A DNA stretch of 64,000 bases, from positions 4,907 to 68,906 of the forward strand of contig JBDHIO010000009.1 of NCBI GenBank assembly GCA_039587355.1, in the 5' to 3' direction. The stretch comes from Gemmatimonadota bacterium (GTDB taxonomy: Bacteria > Gemmatimonadota > Gemmatimonadetes > Palauibacterales > Palauibacteraceae). Shown here piece after piece: positions 8,923 to 16,964 of this stretch. The notes beneath the pieces are model-generated. The model saw only the letters and a program-made list of their open reading frames with translations. It made no database searches and was not told where the DNA came from. Each line of letters opens with the position of its first letter. Positions within the stretch are counted from its first letter, which is position 1. Position numbers and translations under genes: made by a program.

Positions 8923-9213
8923 ATGAACCCGACATCGACGCACGTTGAGGAGGCCATCCGTTCCAGTGGTCTCCGCGTGACCTACACGCCCTGCGTTCTG
9001 ATGCTGCGGAAGCCTCCGCCCGAAGCCCTGAGCAAGATTGGAAACCTGCCGGACGCGGAACGTCAGAAGTCATTCCGACTGCTAATCTCAATCCTCGGCG
9101 TGGCTGATTCGGAACGGAGAGCCGGGTGCGGCGATAACTGCGCCCACTGGTGGAATCGCGACCTTCGTGATGAAGCGGTCGTCCGGCAGATTCTCGCGGA
9201 GGGTGCGGCCTAA
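8923..9213 (+). CDS. small hypothetical protein
   Basis: 96-aa ORF in lower-GC island DNA. No recognisable motif. Confidence 0.3.
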   Translation: MNPTSTHVEEAIRSSGLRVTYTPCVLMLRKPPPEALSKIGNLPDAERQKSFRLLISILGVADSERRAGCGDNCAHWWNRDLRDEAVVRQILAEGAA

Positions 9214-9396
9214 CAGACGCGGTGGGGGCACCTCATGTCCGGCGCGCCCTCGCCGGGCCCGTTTAGGGTTGGTTGGAAGGTGTCGTCGTCGGGGGGGGGT
9301 CGGGAGGGTCGTAAGCCAGGACTCCTGGAGCCGTGCCTGGAGGTTGGTAGCGGCCAAGGCGGGACAAGCGCACGCCCTTCGTGGGCCCGCTCATGT

Positions 9397-9640
9397 CGTC
9401 CCTCGCCAAGCCGCGATCGTTTCCGAATCGAAGTGCACGTCCAACTGTGGAAAGGCGATCGTGATGCCCGCGTCCCTGAGAGCCCACCAGATCGCTTCGT
9501 GCAGATCAGAGCTGCGATGGAGCCGATTCCATGGGTCGTCGAACCACACCGACACTTCAAAAGCGATTGCTACTGGCGCGGTAAGCGCCCAGCTCGCGCG
9601 CTTCGCTCGCGGTCCGCATCTTGGTCGCGCAGCAGAATCG
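9397..9640 (-). pseudogene. C-terminal fragment of an MscS-family mechanosensitive channel gene (remnant)
   Basis: The minus-strand translation ...AIAFEVSVWFDDPWNRLHRSSDLHEAIWWALRDAGITIAFPQLDVHFDSE* aligns with the MscS C-terminal domain ([41 protein letters not shown]). The upstream ~200 aa of MscS are absent; that DNA is occupied by a + strand ORF. Confidence 0.45.
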
Positions 9641-9739
9641 CAAGTCGGTTAGAACGCGTTCGAGGAGCTGGTCATCTCAACACCAAAGATCCCGTGGCCG
9701 CGCATCCTAGTAGAGGGAGCGGTAATCGTCGCCTCGATC

Positions 9740-10363
9740 TTGCTTGCGTTCGGCGTCGATGCGGCTTGGGACGGCCGAGCGGAAAGGCAACGTCGCGATG
9801 CCATGCTCGTGGCACTTGCCGGCGACATGGCCTTGGCGAAAGACGAGATCGATCGCGTCGCTGGCTATCACTCCATTGGACGAAGTGCCGCTGAAGACCT
9901 GCTCAGGTACGAGGATGTCCCTGCGGGGCAGGAGGCTCAGTCTGTCGTTGATTCCCTGGTCGGAGCGGTCTCGTTCGGGGCGGCCAGCTATGATGCGCCC
10001 TTGGGCGCGGTTGGAAGTCTCATAAACTCCGGCGACTTCGAACTCCTTAATGATCCGGCCTTGGCGGCCGACTTAACCGCGTTCCCCGCTTTAATCGCCA
10101 ACCTCGAGCGTGAGCAGAGTTTCCTCGCACCGGCGATCGCGGACTTGGCCGTCTACCTTGGGTCCGAGGGAGTCGATATGAGCCACCTGCAGACCGAGGT
10201 GCCTTGGCAGACCCGCCCCACGGAGGCATTCGCGCTCCTTGCGTCCCCACGCTTCAGGGGCATCATCGGCGAATTCTATATCTCGTACCGTAACACCTTG
10301 GGCGCGCTCGCCTCGATCCGCGAAGCGCTCGCCCGGATGGAGTCACGCCTGCCTGTCTCATGA
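9740..10363 (+). CDS. hypothetical protein with an N-terminal hydrophobic segment
   Basis: 207-aa ORF (TTG start in the track). The frame is open upstream to ~9653 and encodes a TM-like stretch (VIVASILLAFGV), so the true start is uncertain. No family recognised. Confidence 0.45.
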   Translation: MLAFGVDAAWDGRAERQRRDAMLVALAGDMALAKDEIDRVAGYHSIGRSAAEDLLRYEDVPAGQEAQSVVDSLVGAVSFGAASYDAPLGAVGSLINSGDFELLNDPALAADLTAFPALIANLEREQSFLAPAIADLAVYLGSEGVDMSHLQTEVPWQTRPTEAFALLASPRFRGIIGEFYISYRNTLGALASIREALARMESRLPVS

Positions 10364-10694
10364 GCCGCGGAAAGCTTCGGGCTATGCGTTCTAACAAGCG
10401 ATTGCTGCTGACGGCCCAGCTGTAGTCTCCCGCGCTTCGCGCGCCCCGCCTACGATGTCCGCAGCAGAGTCGCAGAACCTTTAGGCTGCCGGTGAGGGGT
10501 TTGGTTCGACATCACAACCGACGACATCCGCTAAACAGATCGAGGTTCTCTACGCCGCTGGAGTGGACCCCACGGATGCCTGTCGAGTGGCGCCAGCTGT
10601 CCAGGCATGTGACACGAGGACACTGAGCGATTGCTCGCGTTCTTCGATCGGTACAATCAGATTGTGCGCCGCGGCAGGATCCTGTCGCGAACTC

Positions 10695-10770
10695 GGGCGA
10701 ATAGCTCAGCCTGGTTCAGAGCGCCTGCCTTACAAGCAGGAAGTCGGGGGTTCGAATCCCTCTTCGCCCA
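10695..10770 (+). tRNA. tRNA-Val (anticodon UAC)
   Basis: Cloverleaf read directly: acceptor GGGCGAA/TTCGCCC, D-arm GCTCAGCCTGGTTCAGAGC, anticodon arm CCTGC-CTTACAA-GCAGG (anticodon TAC), T-arm GGGGGTTCGAATCCCTC, discriminator A. CCA is not encoded. Confidence 0.9.
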
Positions 10771-10796
10771 TATGATGCGGGTGTCGATCGGGCACC

Positions 10797-10846
10797 GAAG
10801 AGGGATCGGCGGACGCGCAGCGTCGTAGCCCATCCCTCTTCGCCCA
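10797..10846 (+). repeat. hairpin repeat copy 1 ending in the tRNA-Val 3' end (GAAGAGGGAT..loop..ATCCCTCTTCGCCCA)
   Basis: 10-bp perfect inverted repeat GAAGAGGGAT/ATCCCTCTTC around a ~25-nt loop. The last 15 nt are identical to the tRNA-Val 3' terminus. Confidence 0.7.
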
Positions 10847-10888
10847 TGCGTCATCCCCCCATGTGTCATTCCCTCGATCCGCCTGCTC

Positions 10889-10937
10889 GAAGGGGATCGG
10901 CGGACGCAGAGCGTCGCAGCCCATCCCTCTTCGCCCA
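10889..10937 (+). repeat. hairpin repeat copy 2 (GAAGGGGAT...CCATCCCTCTTCGCCCA)
   Basis: About 90% identical to copy 1, 43 bp downstream of it. Confidence 0.7.
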
Positions 10938-11295
10938 AATGAGCCTGGCTCCGCAGATCCTCCGGCAGTTGGGGACAATGTGCCGCGCGAAAGAGCCCCT
11001 TCGTCGGGATACTTCGGCCCACTCACCGGAGCAGGTCCTCGAGCAGGAACGCTGGGATCGCCAGGGGGCGTAGGGGGACCCGGGGGGTTCGCGCCAGATG
11101 ATGCCGTGGGCATGATACCCGCCTCCTTCCAGTCGGTACTTCTCCTGGGGAAGCTGCATGTCTATCAAGGGCGCCTCCGTTCTCCACGATTCGCAGAGCC
11201 CTGGTTCCGGCTTTTCCACGAGGCGGACGGGTGATGGGGCCGAGAGACCGGTTCCCAGCATCGGAAGAGGTGAATCGGACTGGAAGGAGGCTCGG

Positions 11296-11817
11296 ATGTT
11301 GAAGAAAGCCACGCTGATCATCGCGGCCTTACTGCTCACCGCGGGCGCTCTGGATGCTCAGGAGCACCACCGAAGAGGCCTCTGGGGAGGTGTCGGTTTT
11401 GGATGGGCATCCCTCAACTGCTTCGACTGTGGCGCGGATGGAAGCGAGAGTGGCTGGGGAGGAGCCGGTCGTCTCGGAGGCACGGTCTCACCCAGCTTCC
11501 GGCTGGCCGCCGGTACGAACACCTGGAACGAGAGTGAAGGTTCTGTCACGGTCCAGGCAGGGTCGCTGGAGCTACAGGGCTTCTGGTTTCCGGGCGCTGG
11601 CGACTTCTTCGCGCTCGGAGGCGCAGGTCTGGGGTACGCGGCTGTCGATTGGGACATCGAAGACACGTACTTCGCCTTCACCGCCGGAGCGGGATACACG
11701 ATCAATCTGGGCGAAAGCAAGGCGTGGGCGCTCGTGCCCGAGGTTTCGCTCACGACGTTCGCGAACGATGCTCTGACGTACTACGTGAACCTGAACTTCA
11801 GCTTCTGGTGGAACTGA
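11296..11817 (+). CDS. small outer-membrane beta-barrel protein (OmpW/OMP_b-brl-like)
   Basis: Signal peptide MLKKATLIIAALLLTAGALDAQ. Gly/aromatic-rich alternating strands. C-terminal ...NLNFSFWWN. RBS AAGGAGG 5 nt upstream. Confidence 0.7.
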   Translation: MLKKATLIIAALLLTAGALDAQEHHRRGLWGGVGFGWASLNCFDCGADGSESGWGGAGRLGGTVSPSFRLAAGTNTWNESEGSVTVQAGSLELQGFWFPGAGDFFALGGAGLGYAAVDWDIEDTYFAFTAGAGYTINLGESKAWALVPEVSLTTFANDALTYYVNLNFSFWWN

Positions 11818-11894
11818 CCTTCTGCTGAAGCAGGAGTATCAAGGACAACTTCCGCCCCGCGGTCCAGCGGGGCGGCCCCCCGTCTTTCGGCCAC

Positions 11895-11928
11895 TCGGAA
11901 CGTCGTAGCCCATCGCTCCTCGCCCATT
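11895..11928 (+). repeat. degenerate third copy of the tRNA-3'-end repeat
   Basis: CGGAACGTCGTAGCCCATCGCTCCTCGCCCAT versus CGCAGCGTCGTAGCCCATCCCTCTTCGCCCAT (~80% identical). Lies just downstream of the OMP gene. Confidence 0.5.
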
Positions 11929-12010
11929 ACAACCATCGAAACCCTCTCAAACGTCCCACACGTATAGACCCGTATCCGCATGGCCGTAATACCGCCCCTG
12001 GAGGTGAGCA

Positions 12011-13012
12011 GTGATTGAATGGATCAAGACTCGTTCGAAGCGTGACCTCGTATTGTCTCTCGTAATCGCAGGGGTCTTCTTCGTGTTCGCGGGCGCCTTC
12101 GTCCGCGGCGTGTTCAGCGAGCGGCACTACAGCTCCGAGTACAGCTCCGGACACAACTACGAGTACGAGTACTCGGGCGGCATGCTCTTCGATGAGTCGT
12201 TCGCCGTAGCTCCCGGGGCACTGCTCGTCGTGCGGGTTTCCGACCTCGACGTGGTCGTTTCCACCACGTCCGGCAGAGAGGCCACCGTCCGCCTCGACCT
12301 CGATGAGGGCGAGGGCGTATCAGGCAATGCCCTCGAGGCCATGGGCTTCCGGGTAGAGCGCACGAGCGAGGGCCTCGAGATCACGACGGAGGGCAACGAT
12401 CGCGGGCGGCACGACGACTTCGACGGGACGCTCATGGTTACCGTGCCGACGCAGTTCGATGTACAGGTGCGCACGGGTGACGGTGACGTGGCTGTCGAGT
12501 CGGTCGAGGGCTCCGTGATGCTCAACACGGGCGACGGCGACATCGCGCTCGGTGGCGCGCTCGGGCCCGAAGTGATGATCCAGACGGGTGACGGCGATGT
12601 GGCGGTCGGAGGCGTGGGAAGCGCGGACATCAAGATCCAGACGGGTGACGGTGACGTGGCGCTTGGCCGGCTCGAGGCCGAGCAGGTGCAGGTCCGCACC
12701 GGCGACGGCGACATCGTGATCGCCGAGATGTCCGGTGCGCTCAAGGCGTCGACCGGCGACGGCGACGTGATGCTGCATGTCGGCAGCTTCCAGGGCGTCG
12801 AGATCTCTACGGGCGACGGTGACGTCACCCTGTACGCTCCGTCGTCTCTCGCGGCCGACGTATCGATCATCGGCGGCGAGCTCGTCCTCGGTGAGGCGTT
12901 CGCCCTTCCGGCGACGATCGAGGACCGGCGGGTCGAAGGTCAGCTGAACGGCGGCGGACCGAACCTCCGCATTCGGGTGGGCGACGGAACGATCCGGCTG
13001 ATCGAGCGCTAG
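12011..13012 (+). CDS. DUF4097-type beta-strand repeat protein (putative adhesin / Toastrack family) with N-terminal TM anchor
   Basis: N-terminal TM helix LVLSLVIAGVFFVFAGAFV followed by about 8 tandem ~17-aa repeats carrying TGDGDV/I (coding 12470-12850). GTG start with RBS GGAGG upstream. Confidence 0.7.
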   Translation: MIEWIKTRSKRDLVLSLVIAGVFFVFAGAFVRGVFSERHYSSEYSSGHNYEYEYSGGMLFDESFAVAPGALLVVRVSDLDVVVSTTSGREATVRLDLDEGEGVSGNALEAMGFRVERTSEGLEITTEGNDRGRHDDFDGTLMVTVPTQFDVQVRTGDGDVAVESVEGSVMLNTGDGDIALGGALGPEVMIQTGDGDVAVGGVGSADIKIQTGDGDVALGRLEAEQVQVRTGDGDIVIAEMSGALKASTGDGDVMLHVGSFQGVEISTGDGDVTLYAPSSLAADVSIIGGELVLGEAFALPATIEDRRVEGQLNGGGPNLRIRVGDGTIRLIER

Positions 13013-13034
13013 ACGCGAAACGCCAGCTACGCAA

Positions 13035-13070
13035 AACGGGGCGTCCTCCGAAGAGGGCGCCCCGTTTCTG
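13035..13070. terminator. bidirectional Rho-independent terminator hairpin between convergent genes
   Basis: AACGGGGCGTCCTC-CGAA-GAGGGCGCCCCGTT: a ~14-bp GC-rich stem (1 mismatch) with a tetraloop, followed by TTTCTG on + and TTTTGCG on -. Confidence 0.6.
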
Positions 13071-13092
13071 CATCCGTCAGGTCCCGGCAGGA

Positions 13093-13314
13093 TCAGAAGA
13101 GCTTCAACACCCGCCGAAGCGCGAATAGTGCGACGGCGACGGCCCCGACGAGAATCAGATCCGTCGGTCGATCGGCCGAACGGCCACCGCCACCGGACGC
13201 CTCGTCCGTGGTCGTTTCCGCCTGATCACCGTGGAACCCGCAATACTCCGATCCCTCGTTCGCGTCACGTTTGCAACGCTCGCCCGATTTGGTCATGCCG
13301 TGGCACTGCGCCAT
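13093..13314 (-). CDS. small tail-anchored protein with a CxxC/C..H zinc-ribbon-like N-terminus
   Basis: 73-aa ORF MAQCHGMTKSGERCKRDANEGSEYCGFHG...LILVGAVAVALFALRRVLKLF with a C-terminal TM helix. It is the only recognisable ORF at the 3' end of the Arg-rich 13093..13983 frame. Confidence 0.4.
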   Translation of the reverse strand: MAQCHGMTKSGERCKRDANEGSEYCGFHGDQAETTTDEASGGGGRSADRPTDLILVGAVAVALFALRRVLKLF

Positions 13315-13376
13315 GTCGCTATTCCTCCGGTTCGACTGGGACACCTGTACACTACGCACCGGCCGTGCCGTCGGAT

Positions 13377-14276
13377 TCACTCGCCCCCGCGGTACGCGGC
13401 CTCGATGAAGCGCGCCGCGGACCGTCCGAACCGATTCGCGATTTCGGGCGGCATCTCGTCGATGATCTGTCTCAGGTCTCTGCCCGCGTCCGTCGCCACG
13501 CGAACGTAGTCGATCGTCAGCCGCAGGCCCTCGACGTAGCTCCGGAGCTCTTCGACGGTTCCCGGACGTCCGTGGCCGGGAACGATCGTCACGTCGTCCG
13601 GCAGCAGCTCGAGAAAGGACGCGAGGGCTGCTTCGACTCCTTGCAGCGATCCTCCGGTATCCAGATCCGGAGCGATCCATCCCTCGGGCCTCCAGAGGTC
13701 CCCGGTGGCGGCTACGCCGGCTTCGGGCCAGTACACGATCGCGTCGGAGTCGGTATGTCCCCTCACGTGGAGGATCTCGATCGTCTGACCGTTGAAATGC
13801 AGGGACACGCGGTCCGAAAAGGTCACGGTCGGCCAGAACGGTTCCGGCAGGGCGGGGAACGTCTGCTGGACGAGGAATTCGAGAGTCTGGTCCTCCTGAA
13901 TCCGGGACCGGAGGGTTCCGGGGCCCAACACCACGGCCGTTTCCGAGAACCGGTCGTTGCCGCCCAGGTGGTTCTGGTGCCAATGGGTGTTCGCGACGTA
14001 CCGGACGTCATCGACCCCGAGATCGCCGAGCGCCGCCACGAGATCGGTCGATATGGAGTCGGCCATGGTATCGACGAGAAAGGTCCCGTCTCCTCCCCGA
14101 AACACGATCGTGTTCCCGGACCCCTCGTTCGGGGAGAGGACCGTGAACCCGTCCGCGAGCTCGAACGAGCGGATTCGGTCCTGCCCCGCGGTGGCCGTCG
14201 AAAGGGCGGCGAGCGCGGTCAGCGAGAGGACGAACGGACGAAGAGGGTTGCTCAAGGGGTTCTCCTGCGGTTTCAT
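13377..14276 (-). CDS. secreted MBL-fold metallo-hydrolase
   Basis: Signal peptide MKPQENPLSNPLRPFVLSLTALAALSTATAGQ. Metallo-beta-lactamase motif THWHQNHLGG (H-x-H-x-x-H) with downstream His/Asp ligands (HVRGHTDSD, VPGHG). Confidence 0.75.
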   Translation of the reverse strand: MKPQENPLSNPLRPFVLSLTALAALSTATAGQDRIRSFELADGFTVLSPNEGSGNTIVFRGGDGTFLVDTMADSISTDLVAALGDLGVDDVRYVANTHWHQNHLGGNDRFSETAVVLGPGTLRSRIQEDQTLEFLVQQTFPALPEPFWPTVTFSDRVSLHFNGQTIEILHVRGHTDSDAIVYWPEAGVAATGDLWRPEGWIAPDLDTGGSLQGVEAALASFLELLPDDVTIVPGHGRPGTVEELRSYVEGLRLTIDYVRVATDAGRDLRQIIDEMPPEIANRFGRSAARFIEAAYRGGE

Positions 14277-14340
14277 CAGCGTGGCTCGGGCAGCGCCGCG
14301 GTCGGCACGCCGCAAGGAGAGAAGATACGGGAGGTCCGCG

Positions 14341-14745
14341 ATGACGTGCACACGTGCCGGTCGGCGGCGTCGGTTTCCGGCGGGTGCCTGCATCGCGGCC
14401 ATCCTGGCCGCGGGCTGCGCCTCGGCAGGCGTCATCGAACGAACGTACACGCACACCGCCCGGTACCGTGTTTCGTGCAGCGTCAGCGACGAGTGTCGAG
14501 TCCAGTACCTCGATCAGGAAGGGGTGCTCAGGGCATCCGACATCGTCGGAGAGTGGCATTTCGAGCGTGGCGTCGATCCGGGCGATCGGATGTGGATTCG
14601 CGCTTCGGGCGGAGGGTGTCCACCGCGTCCGCTGCGCGTGGAGATCCTGCTGGATGAGACGACGGTCGCCCGGGACCTGACGAGAGCGGAACACGCCTCA
14701 CGCTGCGACTGGATAATGGCCGAAACGGAGTTCGTCGTCCCCTGA
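14341..14745 (+). CDS. small lipoprotein, function unknown
   Basis: ATG within ORF 13957..14745 gives MTCTRAGRRRRFPAGACIAAILAAGCASAG (lipobox LAAGC). 134 aa. Divergent from the MBL gene. Confidence 0.5.
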   Translation: MTCTRAGRRRRFPAGACIAAILAAGCASAGVIERTYTHTARYRVSCSVSDECRVQYLDQEGVLRASDIVGEWHFERGVDPGDRMWIRASGGGCPPRPLRVEILLDETTVARDLTRAEHASRCDWIMAETEFVVP

Positions 14746-14769
14746 CCGGGACGATCTGACGGGGAGACC

Positions 14770-15342
14770 ATGCAGAGAATCGGCAACGCGATACTGCGGC
14801 TGATCGGGTGGCGGATGGTGGGGGAGGCCCCCCGCCAGTGCGTCATCATCGGTGCACCCCATACATCCAACTGGGACTTCCCGCTCGCCATTCTGGCATT
14901 CTGGTCGCTCGGTGCGGACTGCAAGTGGGTGGGCAAGCACACCCTCTTTCGTTGGCCGTTCGGCTGGTTCATGCGCCGCCTCGGCGGCATCCCGCTGAAT
15001 CGGTCCACCACGAAGGACTTCGTGTCCGAGGTCGTGACCTGGTTCGAGGACGACCCGGACCTGAAGCTGGTGATCGCCCCGGAGGGCACCCGGAGCAAGA
15101 AGGGGTTCTGGCGTAGCGGGTTCTACTGGATCGCGAACGGGGCCGGGGTGCCGATCGTGCTGGGCTTCGTGGATTACGAGAAGAAGGTCGGAGGGTTCGG
15201 CCCCGCGATCGTCCCCACGGGAGACAGCGAGGCCGACATGGACCGTCTCCGCGAGTTCTATTCGGGCGTCCACGGCAAACGCCCCGACAAGCTCAGTCCG
15301 ATCCGGCTGCGCCCCGGGGGCGATCCCTCCGGGGCGTCATGA
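14770..15342 (+). CDS. lysophospholipid (1-acyl-sn-glycerol-3-phosphate) acyltransferase family protein
   Basis: H-x4-D acyltransferase motif HTSNWD and the APEGTRS motif. Confidence 0.75.
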   Translation: MQRIGNAILRLIGWRMVGEAPRQCVIIGAPHTSNWDFPLAILAFWSLGADCKWVGKHTLFRWPFGWFMRRLGGIPLNRSTTKDFVSEVVTWFEDDPDLKLVIAPEGTRSKKGFWRSGFYWIANGAGVPIVLGFVDYEKKVGGFGPAIVPTGDSEADMDRLREFYSGVHGKRPDKLSPIRLRPGGDPSGAS

Positions 15343-15364
15343 GCCGGGGCGGCCGCGCACGCCT

Positions 15365-16108
15365 CTACCTGCGGTAGCGTACGAAGATCTGGTGTTCGAC
15401 CCCGCTGGCCATCGACTCGTAGTCGTACACCCACCGCAGCCGATTCCCATCCCGGCTCGTCGCGTTGTGCTCGACGATCTCGAACGGGGCCGCGATGGTG
15501 AAGGCGATCGACAACTCGTTGAACATCGTCTCCACCAGGCCCTTCATCCCGTCGGGCAGACCGGTCTCTTCTTCGAGCTCCTCCATCGGGTTCATCGGCT
15601 CGTTCCGAATCACGAACGTGTCGCCCTCGTCGACGATCTCGAGGCCCCCGAAGGGTTCGGCGCCGGAGGACCCGCCGTCGGGGCCGACATCCACGTCGTT
15701 GAGCGACCGGATGTCGTCGAAGGCGAGCCGTAGGGACATCTCCGTCCGGAGACCGTCGCGGCTCTGATCCGCCGAGACGAGCGTCACGCCGGGTGGAAGC
15801 TCCGGCTCGATCTCCCCGCGCAGGTTGTCCTCTTCGAGCACGCCCGAGTCCACCTGGGACAGCAGCTCCTCGCGCGCCTGGTCGACCTCTTCGTCGGTGG
15901 GCGAGCCGCCGTCTCCCATGAAAGCCTTCTGCGCGGAGGCCATCGCATACGCCATTTTGTCGAGATCGACGGCGATGTCGAAGTCTGCCTCGCCCGAGAG
16001 GTCCTCCTCGAGGTTGATGGCGTACTCCATCTGGAAGCAGGCCGTCGAGGGGACGATCAGTGCCGTCACCAGGGCCAGCGTTCGACCGAGCTTCGCGAAT
16101 GCATGCAT
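15365..16108 (-). CDS. acidic lipoprotein, function unknown
   Basis: Internal Met gives MHAFAKLGRTLALVTALIVPSTAC (lipobox). 247 aa, D/E-rich. Confidence 0.55.
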   Translation of the reverse strand: MHAFAKLGRTLALVTALIVPSTACFQMEYAINLEEDLSGEADFDIAVDLDKMAYAMASAQKAFMGDGGSPTDEEVDQAREELLSQVDSGVLEEDNLRGEIEPELPPGVTLVSADQSRDGLRTEMSLRLAFDDIRSLNDVDVGPDGGSSGAEPFGGLEIVDEGDTFVIRNEPMNPMEELEEETGLPDGMKGLVETMFNELSIAFTIAAPFEIVEHNATSRDGNRLRWVYDYESMASGVEHQIFVRYRR

Positions 16109-16251
16109 CGGAACGACTCCTTGAAGTTCTTCCCGCGGGGAGAGGCCCCGCGCGCGGATAGAAAATATACGCACGAAGGCCGACGACGCGCTCGAGACGC
16201 GGCGTCGGCCGTACGCACAGTGAGTGTCAGCCGGTCTTCACCGGCTTCGAC

Positions 16252-16737
16252 CTACAGCTCGGTTTCGAGCAGCCTGTCGACGAGCCCGCGATAGCCCTTG
16301 ATTGCGACGCGGAGATCTTCCGTGTCGGTCGGCTCGCTGCCACGGTCCCAGGTCCGAACGAGGTCGTTGCGCTCACGCGCGAACCGCTCGGTCAGCCGCT
16401 TCAGCACGAGATCCACCAGGTTGTCTGCCTGCTCGCAGGCCCGGTGAGGATCATCGATGAAGCTGGCCTGAATGTCGGCCCACCTGGACCGGAACTCGGC
16501 CACGTCCGCCTCGGTCATGCCGTCCGGCTCATCGGCGGCCGGCTCCTCCGACTGTGCACCGTTCGCGTCCGCCATCGGATCGACGTCCTGGAGGAAGTCG
16601 AAACCGACATCGAGACCCTCGACGGCCATGTCGCTCACATCCGCATCGTCCACGTTCACTCCCCCGGTGTCCATGTCGTTGAGATCACCCTCGATCTCGG
16701 GAAGTCCGAACCCGTCGTCCATCGACAAATCGCGCAT
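16252..16737 (-). CDS. highly acidic hypothetical protein
   Basis: 3' part of ORF 16252..17421. The upstream part of that frame overlaps ybdK and is Arg-rich noise. Start MRDLSMDDGF (16737) or MRQNLAG (16770). The conserved-looking C-terminus is IKGYRGLVDRLLETEL. Confidence 0.45.
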   Translation of the reverse strand: MRDLSMDDGFGLPEIEGDLNDMDTGGVNVDDADVSDMAVEGLDVGFDFLQDVDPMADANGAQSEEPAADEPDGMTEADVAEFRSRWADIQASFIDDPHRACEQADNLVDLVLKRLTERFARERNDLVRTWDRGSEPTDTEDLRVAIKGYRGLVDRLLETEL

Positions 16738-16964
16738 GACACTCACTCGTCCTGCAAGGTTTTGGCGCATTGCCAGACCTCGCCCATCGAGGCCTGCTCG
16801 AAGGCGACGGGCCACCGGGCTTGCGGGTGGGTTGAAACGGGCGTGAAGCCTCGTCTCCGCGGGTCCCCCCGGTCGCCCGACAGCACGTCTCCGGGCGAGG
16901 GGAGGAGCAAGGCGGGTGCCAGCGGGACCCCGTGAAAACGGTCCCGGGCGGCGGGTTACGCGGG

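Noticed and set aside
13128-14657. 509-aa + strand ORF
   Set aside because: Antisense to the well-supported MBL-fold hydrolase gene. Arg/Pro-rich low-complexity translation typical of the wrong strand in high-GC DNA.
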